From positions 768,001-832,000 of the forward strand of contig CAWEXO010000011.1 of NCBI GenBank assembly GCA_963813025.1: a stretch of DNA of 64,000 bases, in the 5' to 3' direction. The stretch comes from an uncultured Verrucomicrobiae bacterium. GTDB lineage: Bacteria > Verrucomicrobiota > Verrucomicrobiia > Chthoniobacterales > JAFAMB01. Of this stretch, positions 28,310 through 37,788 are shown piece after piece (positions within the stretch are counted from its first letter, which is position 1; each line of letters starts with the position of its first letter). Position numbers and translations under genes: made by a program. The notes beneath the pieces are model-generated. The model was not told the origin of the DNA. It was given only the letters and a program-made list of their open reading frames with translations, and did not search any database.

Positions 28310-31300
28310 TTAGGGAGAGTCTTCCTGGAGAGTAAGCGCGTTCTGCAGAATTCTTTCGAGGGATTCCATCCGATAATGGTTGCCCAGGATCTCCAGGCGT
28401 TCGCAAAATGTTGTGGAAGCAGGGTTACGTTGCCGCAGATGGTCGATCTCTTGCCGCAGGGCGACGATATCGCCGAGTTTTGTCAGCTCCAGACAATGTT
28501 GGAGTTCCGCCTTCGGCGGCAAAGGTTCTTCCAGGGGGCTCTGCTCCGCCTGTTCGATCGTGGAAAAAATCTTTGGGGCGGGTTTGTCGGCCGAGCTGTA
28601 AATCCAATTTAGTTTCAGGTGACGCTCTAGTACGGCCAGCAACTCCGCTTCATAGACAGGCTTCGGCAAAAAGTCGTCGAAACCGGCGGCGGTTGCTTTT
28701 TGCTTATCGTCGGCATAGACGCTGGCCGACGATGCCAGGGCAAGTAGTGGAGGACTATTCGCGAAGGCGCGCACCTCGCGAATCAAAGCATGACCGTCTT
28801 TTCCCGGCATGCGAATATCAGAGATAAGGACATCGTAAGACTGGTTCCGGAGCAGCTGAAGACACTCCTCGGGACTGTCGGCTTCAGTAACCTGGAAACC
28901 GACGTGCTGCAGCATTTCATGGAGCAGCCGGCGATTGAGCACGTTATCATCCACCACCAATACTCTTTGGCGAGGACCTTCATAACCGACGATCTGGCGG
29001 CGCTCGGACCGCGAGTCCCCCGGTGCGGTTCGGGATAGAGGCACGGAAAAACTGAACGTGCTGCCGGTGTTCTCGACGCTACGCACAGAAATTGTGCCGT
29101 GCAGTAATTCGACGATGCGGCGGCTGATATACAGGCCCAGGCCAACCCCCTGGTTATTATCCTTATTGTTCGAGGCCTGAAAAAACGGTTCGAAGATGCG
29201 TGGTAACTCCGAGGCCGGGATGCCGCTGCCGCTATCAGAAACATCAAAGACAAGAGTCGGCATGACCAGCCGAACGTTGACAGTGATGTTCCCCCGCCGA
29301 GTGAACTTCAGCGCATTGCCGAGCAGGTTCAAAAGCACCTGGCGCAGACGGAGGGGATCGGCGGAGATCCATTCAGGCGTCTTCGGGTCAATCATGTAGG
29401 CAAAATCGATTTCCTTTGTGCGGCAGCGGAGCTGAAATTCATCGACGATTGCCCCGAGCCATTTCCTGAATTGGACAGGGACCGGATTGATCGCGATTGA
29501 ACCTGCCTCGATCTTCGATAAATCGAGCATCTCATTGATCATGAGCAGAAGGTTTTCTCCGCTCTGATAAATTGTTTCCAGGCGCTTGCGCGCGATTTCG
29601 CTGAGATTGGAGTCGCGCAACAGCAAGTGAGAAAAACCCATGATACTGTTGAGCGGAGTCCGCAGTTCGTGGCTCATATTCGCTAAAAAATTTGTTTTGG
29701 CGCGATTCGCGGCTTCGGCTGCTTCCTTGGCTTCTTGCAGGCGCGCTTGGCTCTCTCGCAGATCCTGGGTCCGCTGATCCACCAGGGAAACCAGTTCGTA
29801 CTCGCGCTTTTTCAGGTGGCGCACCCGCAGCCGGATAAAAAGGGCCAGAGCGGCGCCGATAAGCGCCACATAAACCGCATAGGCCCACCAGGTGCGGAAC
29901 CAGGGCGGGTCGATCACGAACGCGAGAATATATTCCTGGCTTTGGACGCCATCAGCATCCCGGGCCCGCACATGAACACGATAGTGGCCCTCGTTGAGCG
30001 CTCCCGTTCGCCAGATCGGTTCACTGGTGAATGGCGACCATCCCGAACTCAAATTTTCGAGGCGGCTCGCGAATTCTATTTCGTTGGCGTTCGCAAAATG
30101 GTCAGTACCGAAACGGATTTGGATGTCTCTGCTGTCAAACGGCAATTCAAGCATCTCGCCCGCTCGGGGCAAGGCGATTGATTTTCCGTCGTTCGAAGAG
30201 GCGCCTTCCGGGTAGATTAAAAACGAAGTAGCCGACTTCGGCAAGTCGTCGAGATTTAGCTTTACGGCGCCAAAGCTGCCGGCGATCCACACTTCGTTCA
30301 GGTCGCCATTTTGTTCCTCGCGAATATTGAAAATCTCGCCAAGGAAATCACAAATGGCGTTGGGAATCGGTTTGCGCTTTCCATTGGAATCAACGATCCA
30401 TAGTTTTCGCTTGTCGGGCGAACGCGGGGAGCCTCCGGCTTCGTTGGTGACGAGCCAAAAATGATCGGGAGGCAGAAGACCCGGAGAAGCCAGCTCGACC
30501 GAGGCTGAGCCGAGAGCCGGTGATAAACCCAATGGGCTCGCCGAATCGTTTTCGGGATCATAAAGGAAAAGACCGGATTGCTGGCATAGCAAGACCTTGC
30601 CTTTCCAGGCGAAAACCGCCGGCGTCCCGGACTGACCGGAAGAGGGTGGGATGTTGATCGGGCGAAGCGACGGATCATTCTGATTTCTTCTTTTCAGAAG
30701 GTCCAGTCGGGTTCGATAAAATTTGTGGTCGGAGCTTGCCAGGTAAAGCTCTCCCGAAGAAGTCTCGTAGACCGCTTCGATGTTCTTGCTGAGACTGGGA
30801 ATTTGATAGCTAGAGATAACTTTTTCTGGGTGGAGTTCGACAATTCCAAGGCCATAAGCCATTCCTGCAAAAAACATGTCCGGGTAAGCCTTCGATTTCT
30901 CCAGAACAGTGATGTAATGGAGAGCACTCTGAACCGGATCTACCCGGTCGGTGCGAACATTGAAAAGCCCGACGTCGCCTCCGGCCAGGAAACCGCCAGA
31001 ATACTGGATCATCGACCACATACTCGAACTGATTTCATCGAGCCGGCGGAATCGAAAGACGTCCGCGTTGTCCTTTTCCAGCACATAAAGACCGTCTCTC
31101 GTAGAGGCATACATTCGTCCGTTGCACCGGATTAAATCACTGACGCTTCCTCGGCCAAGGCCGCTCATATGGTCGAAGATGTCCGCTGAAAAAGTCGCGT
31201 CTAACCGAGTGACGCCATTGTCGCCGACTACCCAGAGCCCATTGGAATCATCAAGAACTAGGCCTAAGATCGAGGGATCGGGAATACCATTTTCAGAAAG

Positions 31301-32248
31301 GAAAAGGCGTTTCACATTCCCATTCAGATCTACAAAGGCCAAGCCGTGTCCTCGCACCGCGAGAGCGAGGCTTTGATCGGGCAGAAGCTTGGCGGTATAA
31401 ACTCCTTGGCGGAGTAACGAGTCGATCGCGGTTTCGAGCGGTTCGAGCCTGGTATCGGAAAGGCGGAACAATCCAAGAGTGCCGGTTATCAGGATGATGT
31501 TGCCGTCCGCGGTTTCGATCGCGCCGTGAAGTCTGGTTGTTCGTAAGCGCTCATCATTGGCAACTAGCACGTACCGGTCATCGATCAGTTCCCAGAGTCC
31601 TTGCCCCATGGCCTGGACGTAAATGTGATGTGGCGTTTGGCAGACGTACCATTCGGCAGAAGTACCGGTCGGCCACGGCAAAGGGTGGAACGTGCCACCT
31701 TCAGTGAACATCAGGAGTTTATCAGAAAGGAAGTAAACTCGACTTCCTCGAACGAAGATATCCCAGATACTACCAAATTCCCTTAGCGCTTCAGGTAACT
31801 TAGGATCGACTCGCCGAAACTCGTAACCGACGGCGGTGCGCTCCAGAGTTCCGAGGACGTTATCGCCCCCGACCCAAATATTCCCCGCTTTATCGCGACC
31901 GAGCGCGCGAATAGCACCCCCAGAGGTCACCGGAACTCGGTTCCACTGAATTCCGTCAAATTCGAGAACGCCATCCAAGCTGCCGAACAGCATCGAGCCT
32001 TTGGCATCCTGCACGCCAGTCCAAATCTGGCCCGGAGCATGGAAGTCTCGCGAAGTGTAGTACTGGGTGAGCGGTCGCCCAAAATCAAGCAGTCTTTGTC
32101 CCAGAGCAAATCCAGAAGAAAAAAGCCACCAACTGATCAGTGGAACGAAGGCATACGGTTGACTTCGTCGGATCCGATATAAGGGCCCCAATGGTTTTTC
32201 TACCACGTTTGCTACCCCACATTGTAAGTCTTTCTGAAAGTCCGGCAA
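28310..32248 (-). CDS. Large hybrid sensor histidine kinase (extracellular beta-propeller/Y_Y_Y sensor, TM, HisKA, HATPase, REC)
   Basis: Propeller-type repeats, [57 protein letters not shown]. Confidence 0.93.
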   Translation of the reverse strand: MPDFQKDLQCGVANVVEKPLGPLYRIRRSQPYAFVPLISWWLFSSGFALGQRLLDFGRPLTQYYTSRDFHAPGQIWTGVQDAKGSMLFGSLDGVLEFDGIQWNRVPVTSGGAIRALGRDKAGNIWVGGDNVLGTLERTAVGYEFRRVDPKLPEALREFGSIWDIFVRGSRVYFLSDKLLMFTEGGTFHPLPWPTGTSAEWYVCQTPHHIYVQAMGQGLWELIDDRYVLVANDERLRTTRLHGAIETADGNIILITGTLGLFRLSDTRLEPLETAIDSLLRQGVYTAKLLPDQSLALAVRGHGLAFVDLNGNVKRLFLSENGIPDPSILGLVLDDSNGLWVVGDNGVTRLDATFSADIFDHMSGLGRGSVSDLIRCNGRMYASTRDGLYVLEKDNADVFRFRRLDEISSSMWSMIQYSGGFLAGGDVGLFNVRTDRVDPVQSALHYITVLEKSKAYPDMFFAGMAYGLGIVELHPEKVISSYQIPSLSKNIEAVYETSSGELYLASSDHKFYRTRLDLLKRRNQNDPSLRPINIPPSSGQSGTPAVFAWKGKVLLCQQSGLFLYDPENDSASPLGLSPALGSASVELASPGLLPPDHFWLVTNEAGGSPRSPDKRKLWIVDSNGKRKPIPNAICDFLGEIFNIREEQNGDLNEVWIAGSFGAVKLNLDDLPKSATSFLIYPEGASSNDGKSIALPRAGEMLELPFDSRDIQIRFGTDHFANANEIEFASRLENLSSGWSPFTSEPIWRTGALNEGHYRVHVRARDADGVQSQEYILAFVIDPPWFRTWWAYAVYVALIGAALALFIRLRVRHLKKREYELVSLVDQRTQDLRESQARLQEAKEAAEAANRAKTNFLANMSHELRTPLNSIMGFSHLLLRDSNLSEIARKRLETIYQSGENLLLMINEMLDLSKIEAGSIAINPVPVQFRKWLGAIVDEFQLRCRTKEIDFAYMIDPKTPEWISADPLRLRQVLLNLLGNALKFTRRGNITVNVRLVMPTLVFDVSDSGSGIPASELPRIFEPFFQASNNKDNNQGVGLGLYISRRIVELLHGTISVRSVENTGSTFSFSVPLSRTAPGDSRSERRQIVGYEGPRQRVLVVDDNVLNRRLLHEMLQHVGFQVTEADSPEECLQLLRNQSYDVLISDIRMPGKDGHALIREVRAFANSPPLLALASSASVYADDKQKATAAGFDDFLPKPVYEAELLAVLERHLKLNWIYSSADKPAPKIFSTIEQAEQSPLEEPLPPKAELQHCLELTKLGDIVALRQEIDHLRQRNPASTTFCERLEILGNHYRMESLERILQNALTLQEDSP

Positions 32249-32360
32249 AGCAGGATGCTGAGAAGCGCAGCCCCAATGTGCGCTTCTTCACCTAAAGTAG
32301 TAGGTGTCCGACAACGGAAACATTGGTCCACGTCTCGGTCGGATAGTATGATTCCGGTCT

Positions 32361-32645
32361 ATGCCACAACACCCAAGACTCTGTGTGATTCAACCAGCAC
32401 CAGCCGTGACCACGAGCACCGGTGCGGCTCCCTCGGCCGTATCTCCGGATATCACCTTGATCGTAAATCAAAATACCGATCAGCCAACCGGAGTTCACGT
32501 TTTTGTCGGACACTCCGGTCAAAGCGACATGCAGAAGGCGGCGGACTGGAACGCGGCAGCCCCTGTGTCCAGGCAGATTGATCTCGAACAGGCGTGCAGC
32601 GGCGATCACAAACCAACTCGCATCAAGATTGTTTTGGAATATTAG
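32361..32645 (+). CDS. Small hypothetical protein
   Basis: 94-aa ORF with TATGAT 8 nt upstream of ATG; globular-looking C-terminal half; no recognised motif. Confidence 0.5.
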   Translation: MPQHPRLCVIQPAPAVTTSTGAAPSAVSPDITLIVNQNTDQPTGVHVFVGHSGQSDMQKAADWNAAAPVSRQIDLEQACSGDHKPTRIKIVLEY

Positions 32646-32814
32646 TATACCCCGATCACCTGGTCTACAAGCAGGCGCCAGCGGGAAGCGAGCCATCCTC
32701 AGGTTATCGCGGGCTCAGCCAGACGTTCGGAAGTTCCGTCCCGACCAGCTGGCCAGCTAAATCTGCAGTTCACAGTGGATCATTCATTAGAAAATCTGCT
32801 CTACTATTGGTCTG

Positions 32815-33273
32815 ATGGATTGGCTGAAATTTGTGAACCTGGTGGCAACCGGGTTGCTTGCGTGTTTTGAGTTCGGCGCTTTTGCGTTGAATCTACCGAC
32901 CTTGAGGCGGATGCCGCCGCTCGAATTGGTTGATGCGACCCAAGGTTTGGTGCGGGCCTCGGGAGGCCTGGTGCCGATCTTGAGCAGCGCGAACCTTGTT
33001 CTGGTGGGCGTCTACGCGCTGCGGTTTCAGCATCGCGGTTTTGCCAATGCGAGCGCCTGGGTCGCTTTTTTCTGTTTGTCCGTTGCTCTGGTGGTCAGCG
33101 TTTGGCTGATCATCCCGGCTTATCGCGCGATCATCGTGTGGGAACGGACCAATCCTCCTCCTGACTGGCGAAGGATCTGGGCTCAATGGGAATGGGCGCA
33201 AGGCGCAAGAGTAATGTTTCTGCTTCTCGGATATATTCTATTTTGCCTATCGGTATCGGCGCACGCGCACTGA
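32815..33273 (+). CDS. DUF1772/anthrone-oxygenase-like membrane protein
   Basis: 4 TM; GLLA, P.Y..I..W....PPPDW..IW.QW...Q..R pattern. Confidence 0.8.
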   Translation: MDWLKFVNLVATGLLACFEFGAFALNLPTLRRMPPLELVDATQGLVRASGGLVPILSSANLVLVGVYALRFQHRGFANASAWVAFFCLSVALVVSVWLIIPAYRAIIVWERTNPPPDWRRIWAQWEWAQGARVMFLLLGYILFCLSVSAHAH

Positions 33274-33286
33274 TCCAGCGCGATGC

Positions 33287-33322
33287 GAGTGCTAGTGTCA
33301 GTGCCAGTGCTAGTGCTAGTGC
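33287..33322 (+). repeat. Hexamer tandem repeat (AGTGCY) containing the CTAG insertion site
   Basis: gagtgctagtgtcagtgccagtgctagtgctagtgc. Confidence 0.8.
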
Positions 33323-33595
33323 ACCGTCTCACATATACCGATGATGTCGTTGCGTTCAAAATGGGCCTTCGGCAAGGCGCGAGGAGGGAGCATATCTGAA
33401 TCGATACGTGACCGAGGAGCAACAACGCCGCCGGCCCATTTTCAACGCAACCCTGTGGGCCGCGGCCAGTTGGCTGTTTTTCCGCGTTGCTCGCTCGACC
33501 CGTATGAATCCAGATATGGGCGCTTCGCTCGCGCCTTGAAAAACAGCCAACTGACCTGCGGCGACATCATCGTTATATATGAGACGGCGCACTAG
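33316..33595. mobile_element. Non-autonomous MITE (about 280 bp) with about 34-bp TIRs and CTAG ends, built of two inverted hairpin modules
   Basis: Left CTAGTGCACCGTCTCACATATACCGATGATGTCG; right CGACATCATCGTTATATATGAGACGGCGCACTAG. Confidence 0.88.
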
Positions 33596-34656
33596 TGCGG
33601 CGTAGCGTTTAAACCTGATACGGGATTGATACGACGCTCTGCTGATCGGTAGGTCCACTTAAAGGGTTTGGCCTTCATGTTATAGCGTCGGATATAGGTC
33701 ATGAGTTTTTTAGCCAAGTCTTTGACCGAACGGAAGATTCCGCGGGCGATGACGTCGCGTTGGATCTTGGAAAACCAGATCTCGACTTGGTTAAGCCATG
33801 AAGAATAGGTCGGTGTAAAATGGATCCGCACGTGGCGATGACGATCGATAAACTGCCAGACTCTGGAGGTGCGATGTGCCGAGAGATTATCTGCGATAAT
33901 GTGGATCTGCTGGCCCTCGGGAAAGCTGGCGACGATCTGTTCAAGAAAAGCAACAAACTCGGCACTGGTGTGACGAGGCACAGTTTGGCCCAGCACCTGG
34001 CCGGTTTTGGTGTTGAGCGCTGCGTAGAGCGAAAGCGTGCCGTGACGGTAGTACTCAAAACCGTGCCGCTCGGCTCTTCCGGGCGAGAGCGGCAACACTG
34101 GATCGAGCCGGTCCAGCGCTTGGATGGCGCTCTTTTCGTCGACGCAGAAAACTGCGGCATTGACCGGAGGCTTCAGATACAAACCAATGATATCAGCAGC
34201 CTTGGTTTCAAAATCCGGGTCGTCGCTGGCCATGTAGCGGCGCAGGCGGTGCGGCTGCAGTCCGGCTTTGGCCAGAACACGGGCGACTCGGGTATGGTTG
34301 GTGCCAAGTTCGGCCGCCAACTTCCGAGTACTCCAGTGCGTCGAGCCATCCGTGGGTTTATGTCGGGCCGCGGCCAAAATCTGAGCTTCGAGCTTGGCGC
34401 TCTGTTGGCTGGCTACCTTGCCACGATGACGACTGAAAAGACCTGCCAAACGTTCCTCCATAAAGCGCTTCAGCCAAAGTCGCACGGTGTTGATGCTGCA
34501 TCCCAGTTGCCGACTTACCGCCCATTGCGATCTGCCGCTAGCAATCAAGAGGACAATCTTGGCTCGCTGCGCCTCCTCTGCTCGCCCGCTACGGGATCGG
34601 ACCCGCTGCCTAAGTCGTCGACGTTCTGGCGGAGAAAGAACCAATCGTTTTAACAC
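33592..34656 (-). CDS. IS630-family DDE transposase
   Basis: HTH N-terminus, THWSTRKLA, CVDEKS, YYRHGT, IADNLSAH, FTPTYSSWLNQVEIWF, PFKW; stop TAG lies in the CTAG end. Confidence 0.95.
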   Translation of the reverse strand: MLKRLVLSPPERRRLRQRVRSRSGRAEEAQRAKIVLLIASGRSQWAVSRQLGCSINTVRLWLKRFMEERLAGLFSRHRGKVASQQSAKLEAQILAAARHKPTDGSTHWSTRKLAAELGTNHTRVARVLAKAGLQPHRLRRYMASDDPDFETKAADIIGLYLKPPVNAAVFCVDEKSAIQALDRLDPVLPLSPGRAERHGFEYYRHGTLSLYAALNTKTGQVLGQTVPRHTSAEFVAFLEQIVASFPEGQQIHIIADNLSAHRTSRVWQFIDRHRHVRIHFTPTYSSWLNQVEIWFSKIQRDVIARGIFRSVKDLAKKLMTYIRRYNMKAKPFKWTYRSAERRINPVSGLNATPH

Positions 34657-34708
34657 TCCTTTTTGCTAGCAGATCATCATATCAGAAGTCAATGCTACAA
34701 TGCACTAG
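33592..34708 (-). mobile_element. IS630-family insertion sequence
   Basis: Imperfect TIRs ctagtgcggcgtagcgtttaaacctgat / atcagaagtcaatgctacaatgcactag, CTAG (TA) at both ends, single transposase ORF. Confidence 0.93.
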
Positions 34709-34905
34709 TGCCCCCCGTTGGATCAGTGCGATCGCAAATCAAAAAGGGAAACAAAGGATGCGGAGAGCGGATTGCTGACAACTGTGAGCTGCCGCGCTCG
34801 CTGGCACTGATACTGACACCGGCACTTTAATGTCTGTATCTCGAGAAAAAGCTGGCAATTGATTTCCGCGCCTGCCTTTAGTCGAGCTGGACAACCTACA
34901 AAACC

Positions 34906-35040
34906 ATGTTCATCGCTTTATCGCCGTTGATAGCTCTGATTGCCGGGATCCTGATCCTGATCATCCCGCGACTTTTGAATTACATCGTCGCGTTCTATCT
35001 GATTCTCGTGGGGATTCTTGGATTATTTCCCCATAGGTGA
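34906..35040 (+). CDS. DUF3096-family small membrane protein (44 aa, below the ORF-track cutoff)
   Basis: MFIALSPLIALIAGILILIIPRLLNYIVAFYLILVGILGLFPHR. Confidence 0.85.
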   Translation: MFIALSPLIALIAGILILIIPRLLNYIVAFYLILVGILGLFPHR

Positions 35041-35043
35041 CTG

Positions 35044-35102
35044 GTAGGATAGGCTTCCAGATTGTCAGTCCAACCGCCGACCGGCAAAGGCGCCGATCCT
35101 AC
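35044..35102. repeat. REP pair (GTAG...CTAC) related to the hairpins inside family A
   Basis: gtaggataggcttccagattgtc ... gaccggcaaaggcgccgatcctac. Confidence 0.6.
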
Positions 35103-35210
35103 GCGCCGTCGAGAACCGCCCAAGAGAGCGTTTTGCTCCTACTCCTAAAGTGGGATAGCATATCCAGTGTTGCCGTGGTTGATTGGTAGAGGCGACCAGC
35201 TACAGGGTTT

Positions 35211-35432
35211 ATGAACGCAATTTGCAAAACGACAGTTTATTCGAGCGAGACACCGGAACAGGTCAGACCGGTGCAGCTCAAACGGCCAGTTAAGAGTGAC
35301 AAGAAAGAGCGCCGGTTGCGGATGGTACCTGGAGCTATCGTTTGGGAACATACCAGCTTCGTCGTGACGGTGGGTTTGATCGCGTGTCTGGTGGTGTATT
35401 GCTTTGCTTTCACAGTTCTCGCGATGTTCTAA
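35211..35432 (+). CDS. Small hypothetical protein with a C-terminal TM helix
   Basis: 73 aa; basic N-terminal half and hydrophobic C-terminus FVVTVGLIACLVVYCFAFTVLAMF. Confidence 0.55.
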   Translation: MNAICKTTVYSSETPEQVRPVQLKRPVKSDKKERRLRMVPGAIVWEHTSFVVTVGLIACLVVYCFAFTVLAMF

Positions 35433-35479
35433 ATTGAGCAATGGCTTTATCGCACGGCGCAATTTCGGACATGGAACGC

Positions 35480-35639
35480 TTTGGAGTGCGTGCGACTTGC
35501 CGCCGCTTTGAGATCGCGCGGAGCGCGGCCGGTCAATAAGCCAAATCTTTTCGCCACTCGACACTTCGTGATGCCGTCCTCGGCTTGTGCCGCGCTCCGC
35601 GCGGATCCTAAAGCGGCGACAAGCCGCACGCACTCCAAA
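35480..35639. repeat. REPIN-like inverted repeat with about 50-bp arms
   Basis: tttggagtgcgtgcgacttgccgccgctttg...cgcgcggagcgcggc / gccgcgctccgcgcg...aaagcggcgacaagccgcacgcactccaaa. Confidence 0.85.
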
Positions 35640-35703
35640 ATCTCCTGATCAGCTACTTCGGGTTCTTTCTTGCGTTCGCTCGCGGATCGTCGGAAATGCT
35701 GTT

Positions 35704-36081
35704 ATGGTCAAAAAACTCCTCCATACCCGCTATCGCGTTTCCAATCTGGAAAAGACGGTCAATTTTTATAAAGACGTTCTTGGGCTGCAAGAGGCCAGCC
35801 GTCACACTTCGCCGCGTGGGTCGAAGTTGGTGTTTCTGAGGGTGCCCGGGAACGAGGAAGAGATTGAGATTTGTCAGTTTGACGAAAGTGGCCCGGTCAA
35901 CGTCGGAAACGATATTACTCACCTGGCGTTTGAGGTGGATGATCTGGAAAAGTTTGCCAAAGAAGCCGAAAAGAAGGGGTATCCGCTTTCGGACGGTCCC
36001 ACGAAGACTGCTTCGGGCGGTATTATCGGCTTTATCGATGCGCCCGAGGGTTATGAGATAGAGCTGATCCAGCGCGGATAA
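35704..36081 (+). CDS. gloA: VOC-family protein, lactoylglutathione lyase (glyoxalase I)-like
   Basis: LLHTRYRVSNLEKTVNFYKDVLGL, THLAFEVDD, FIDAPEGYEIELIQ. Confidence 0.8.
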   Translation: MVKKLLHTRYRVSNLEKTVNFYKDVLGLQEASRHTSPRGSKLVFLRVPGNEEEIEICQFDESGPVNVGNDITHLAFEVDDLEKFAKEAEKKGYPLSDGPTKTASGGIIGFIDAPEGYEIELIQRG

Positions 36082-36764
36082 GTTCCTGATAATTCTTCGG
36101 CACACACGTCCGGAGCGGAGCGGACTGAGGTCGAGTGGTCAGTGGGTTCAGGCGGCGCTGGCGCCGCCTGAAGCTTGAACCCAGCGTGACAGGCGCTGAG
36201 TTTTTCCCCGAGTTCTTCCGAGAGAGTCTGCGCGAGATAATCGGCGTGTCTCTGCTGGAGTCCGGCCGCATCAATTCCTTCCGCGTAAAAGTTGCCCATC
36301 AAGGAATGATCCGTAAAAACTCCGTTGGCCTGTGGATCTGTCCGGTTTTTGGCATTGGGATCGACATATTCGTCTCTTAGACCAAGGGCGTGACCGACTT
36401 CATGGGCGCGAACCACTGGCGACGAATTGACATACCAATTGGTCAGGTTACTCCGCCCGGAACCTGGATGCAGCGTGACTTCCAGGTCAGAGTGGCCGCC
36501 CGAAAACTCGGGGATCACCTTTAATGCTCGTGCGTTTCCCGCGGTGTCCTCAAAGACGTATTGGCGGTTAAATATCCGTTCGACTGCTTGCCTGGTCTCG
36601 GCCCGAACTTTCAGCGTATCGTTCAACGATACGCCATGCTCAGGCTTGAGATGAATTCTTACCCGCAGGGCCGCTTCGTCGTCGCTTGCCCGGGCAGCGT
36701 AAGCGGCGGTCCAGTGGAAGGGTTCATCTTCGATTTTCCGTTTGATCGGTATTTCCTCGTGCAT
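36051..36764 (-). CDS. Stand-alone zinc metallopeptidase (metzincin-like), no signal peptide
   Basis: AHEVGHALGLRDEY (HExxHxxGxxD) and downstream Met-turn HSLMG. Confidence 0.85.
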   Translation of the reverse strand: MHEEIPIKRKIEDEPFHWTAAYAARASDDEAALRVRIHLKPEHGVSLNDTLKVRAETRQAVERIFNRQYVFEDTAGNARALKVIPEFSGGHSDLEVTLHPGSGRSNLTNWYVNSSPVVRAHEVGHALGLRDEYVDPNAKNRTDPQANGVFTDHSLMGNFYAEGIDAAGLQQRHADYLAQTLSEELGEKLSACHAGFKLQAAPAPPEPTDHSTSVRSAPDVCAEELSGTYPRWISSIS

Positions 36765-36777
36765 GAGAAGCTACCAC

Positions 36778-37206
36778 TTAGAAACGAACCTTGCCGCGGG
36801 AGATCTCGCTCGCCGAGGCCTCGAAGAATTCGACAAGCCTGCGGAGCGCCGGTCTTTCGGTTTGATCGTTCGTCCAGTACGCGCCGGTCCAGAGGTTAGT
36901 ACCCCGGCCAAACTCAAGAATAATTTTCTCTTCTCCGGCAACGGGCGACCGGTTGGTTTGGGCGATCTTCGATGGCTCGTGATTGGATAGTTCCTGTGCG
37001 AGCCAGAATTGCTTATCCGACGAGAGCTTGCCCGCGTAACTGGCCATCTCTTCGCCTTGAGCAAACTCCACCCGCACCTGGCCGGACCCCTTGATCTCTA
37101 CGACGGTGCGTCCGCTAAAGCCTGGATTGCCAGTTGTGAAACGAAATAAAGTAAACGGCAAATGCCTGGTCGATTGGGCCGGTTGTTTCTTCGGTAAGTC
37201 AGGCAT
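36778..37206 (-). CDS. Hypothetical protein upstream of the peptidase (candidate inhibitor/immunity protein)
   Basis: 142 aa from ATG 37206 (TTG 37242 possible); 13-nt gap to the peptidase; beta-rich N-terminal half and C-terminal PALRRLVEFF helix. Confidence 0.75.
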   Translation of the reverse strand: MPDLPKKQPAQSTRHLPFTLFRFTTGNPGFSGRTVVEIKGSGQVRVEFAQGEEMASYAGKLSSDKQFWLAQELSNHEPSKIAQTNRSPVAGEEKIILEFGRGTNLWTGAYWTNDQTERPALRRLVEFFEASASEISRGKVRF

Positions 37207-37267
37207 GGGAAAGAGTGAGATTAATTCCAAAGAAAAATCCAAGCCATAACCAGACCGCTCGAAAAAT

Positions 37268-37276
37268 ATTATAGCA
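37268..37276 (-). promoter_or_regulatory. Consensus extended -10 promoter for the partner-peptidase pair
   Basis: Minus strand TGCTATAAT in an AT-rich tract, about 60 nt upstream of ATG 37206. Confidence 0.65.
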
Positions 37277-37374
37277 TTTCATGTGAATGTTTGGAATGCG
37301 CTCAGAATAGGTGAAGGAATACGTAATGCAACTAGAAAACTATATGTATTTACTGTTGATGCTTTTTACCCTGG

Positions 37375-37745
37375 TGGCGCAGGGAAATTTGTACCAGGAG
37401 CACCGAAGGATCGGGCGCGGCGACGACTTAAGGGGGCATAGCAACTTTGGCGCCCGGCTCGAACAAGTATTGCCGGAGGCTCCTCCTTCGCTAAAGCTTC
37501 GGCGGACGCCTCAGATAAATTTCGCCCTACCGAAACAGGGCCAATAACGTTGCGAGACAGCCTCTTCATTCGAGCAGCTTTCGGCTTGTTGGCGCGAAGG
37601 ATGAGTGCGGTAGGACGAGCTCCGCTAGTCCAGATCGAGGCGTGGCCTGCACGCAGCCGGTCAAGCGGGAGCTTGACCCTACCGAACTTTGAGTGTTGTG
37701 AGACGATCTCTGAATTCTCGCTTACCGGTAGAGGGCGAGAAATAC
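37375..37745. repeat. Composite REP mosaic (family B + CCTCCTTCGCTAAAGCTTCGGCGGAC motif + family C)
   Basis: gataaatttcgccctaccg, cgttgcgagacagcctct, cggtaggacgagctccgct / agcgggagcttgaccctaccg; motif shared with 50778-50810. Confidence 0.75.
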
Positions 37746-37788
37746 TTTCTCAAATTTTGGCCGTCGGGCGCAGAAGATCCCGCGAAAA

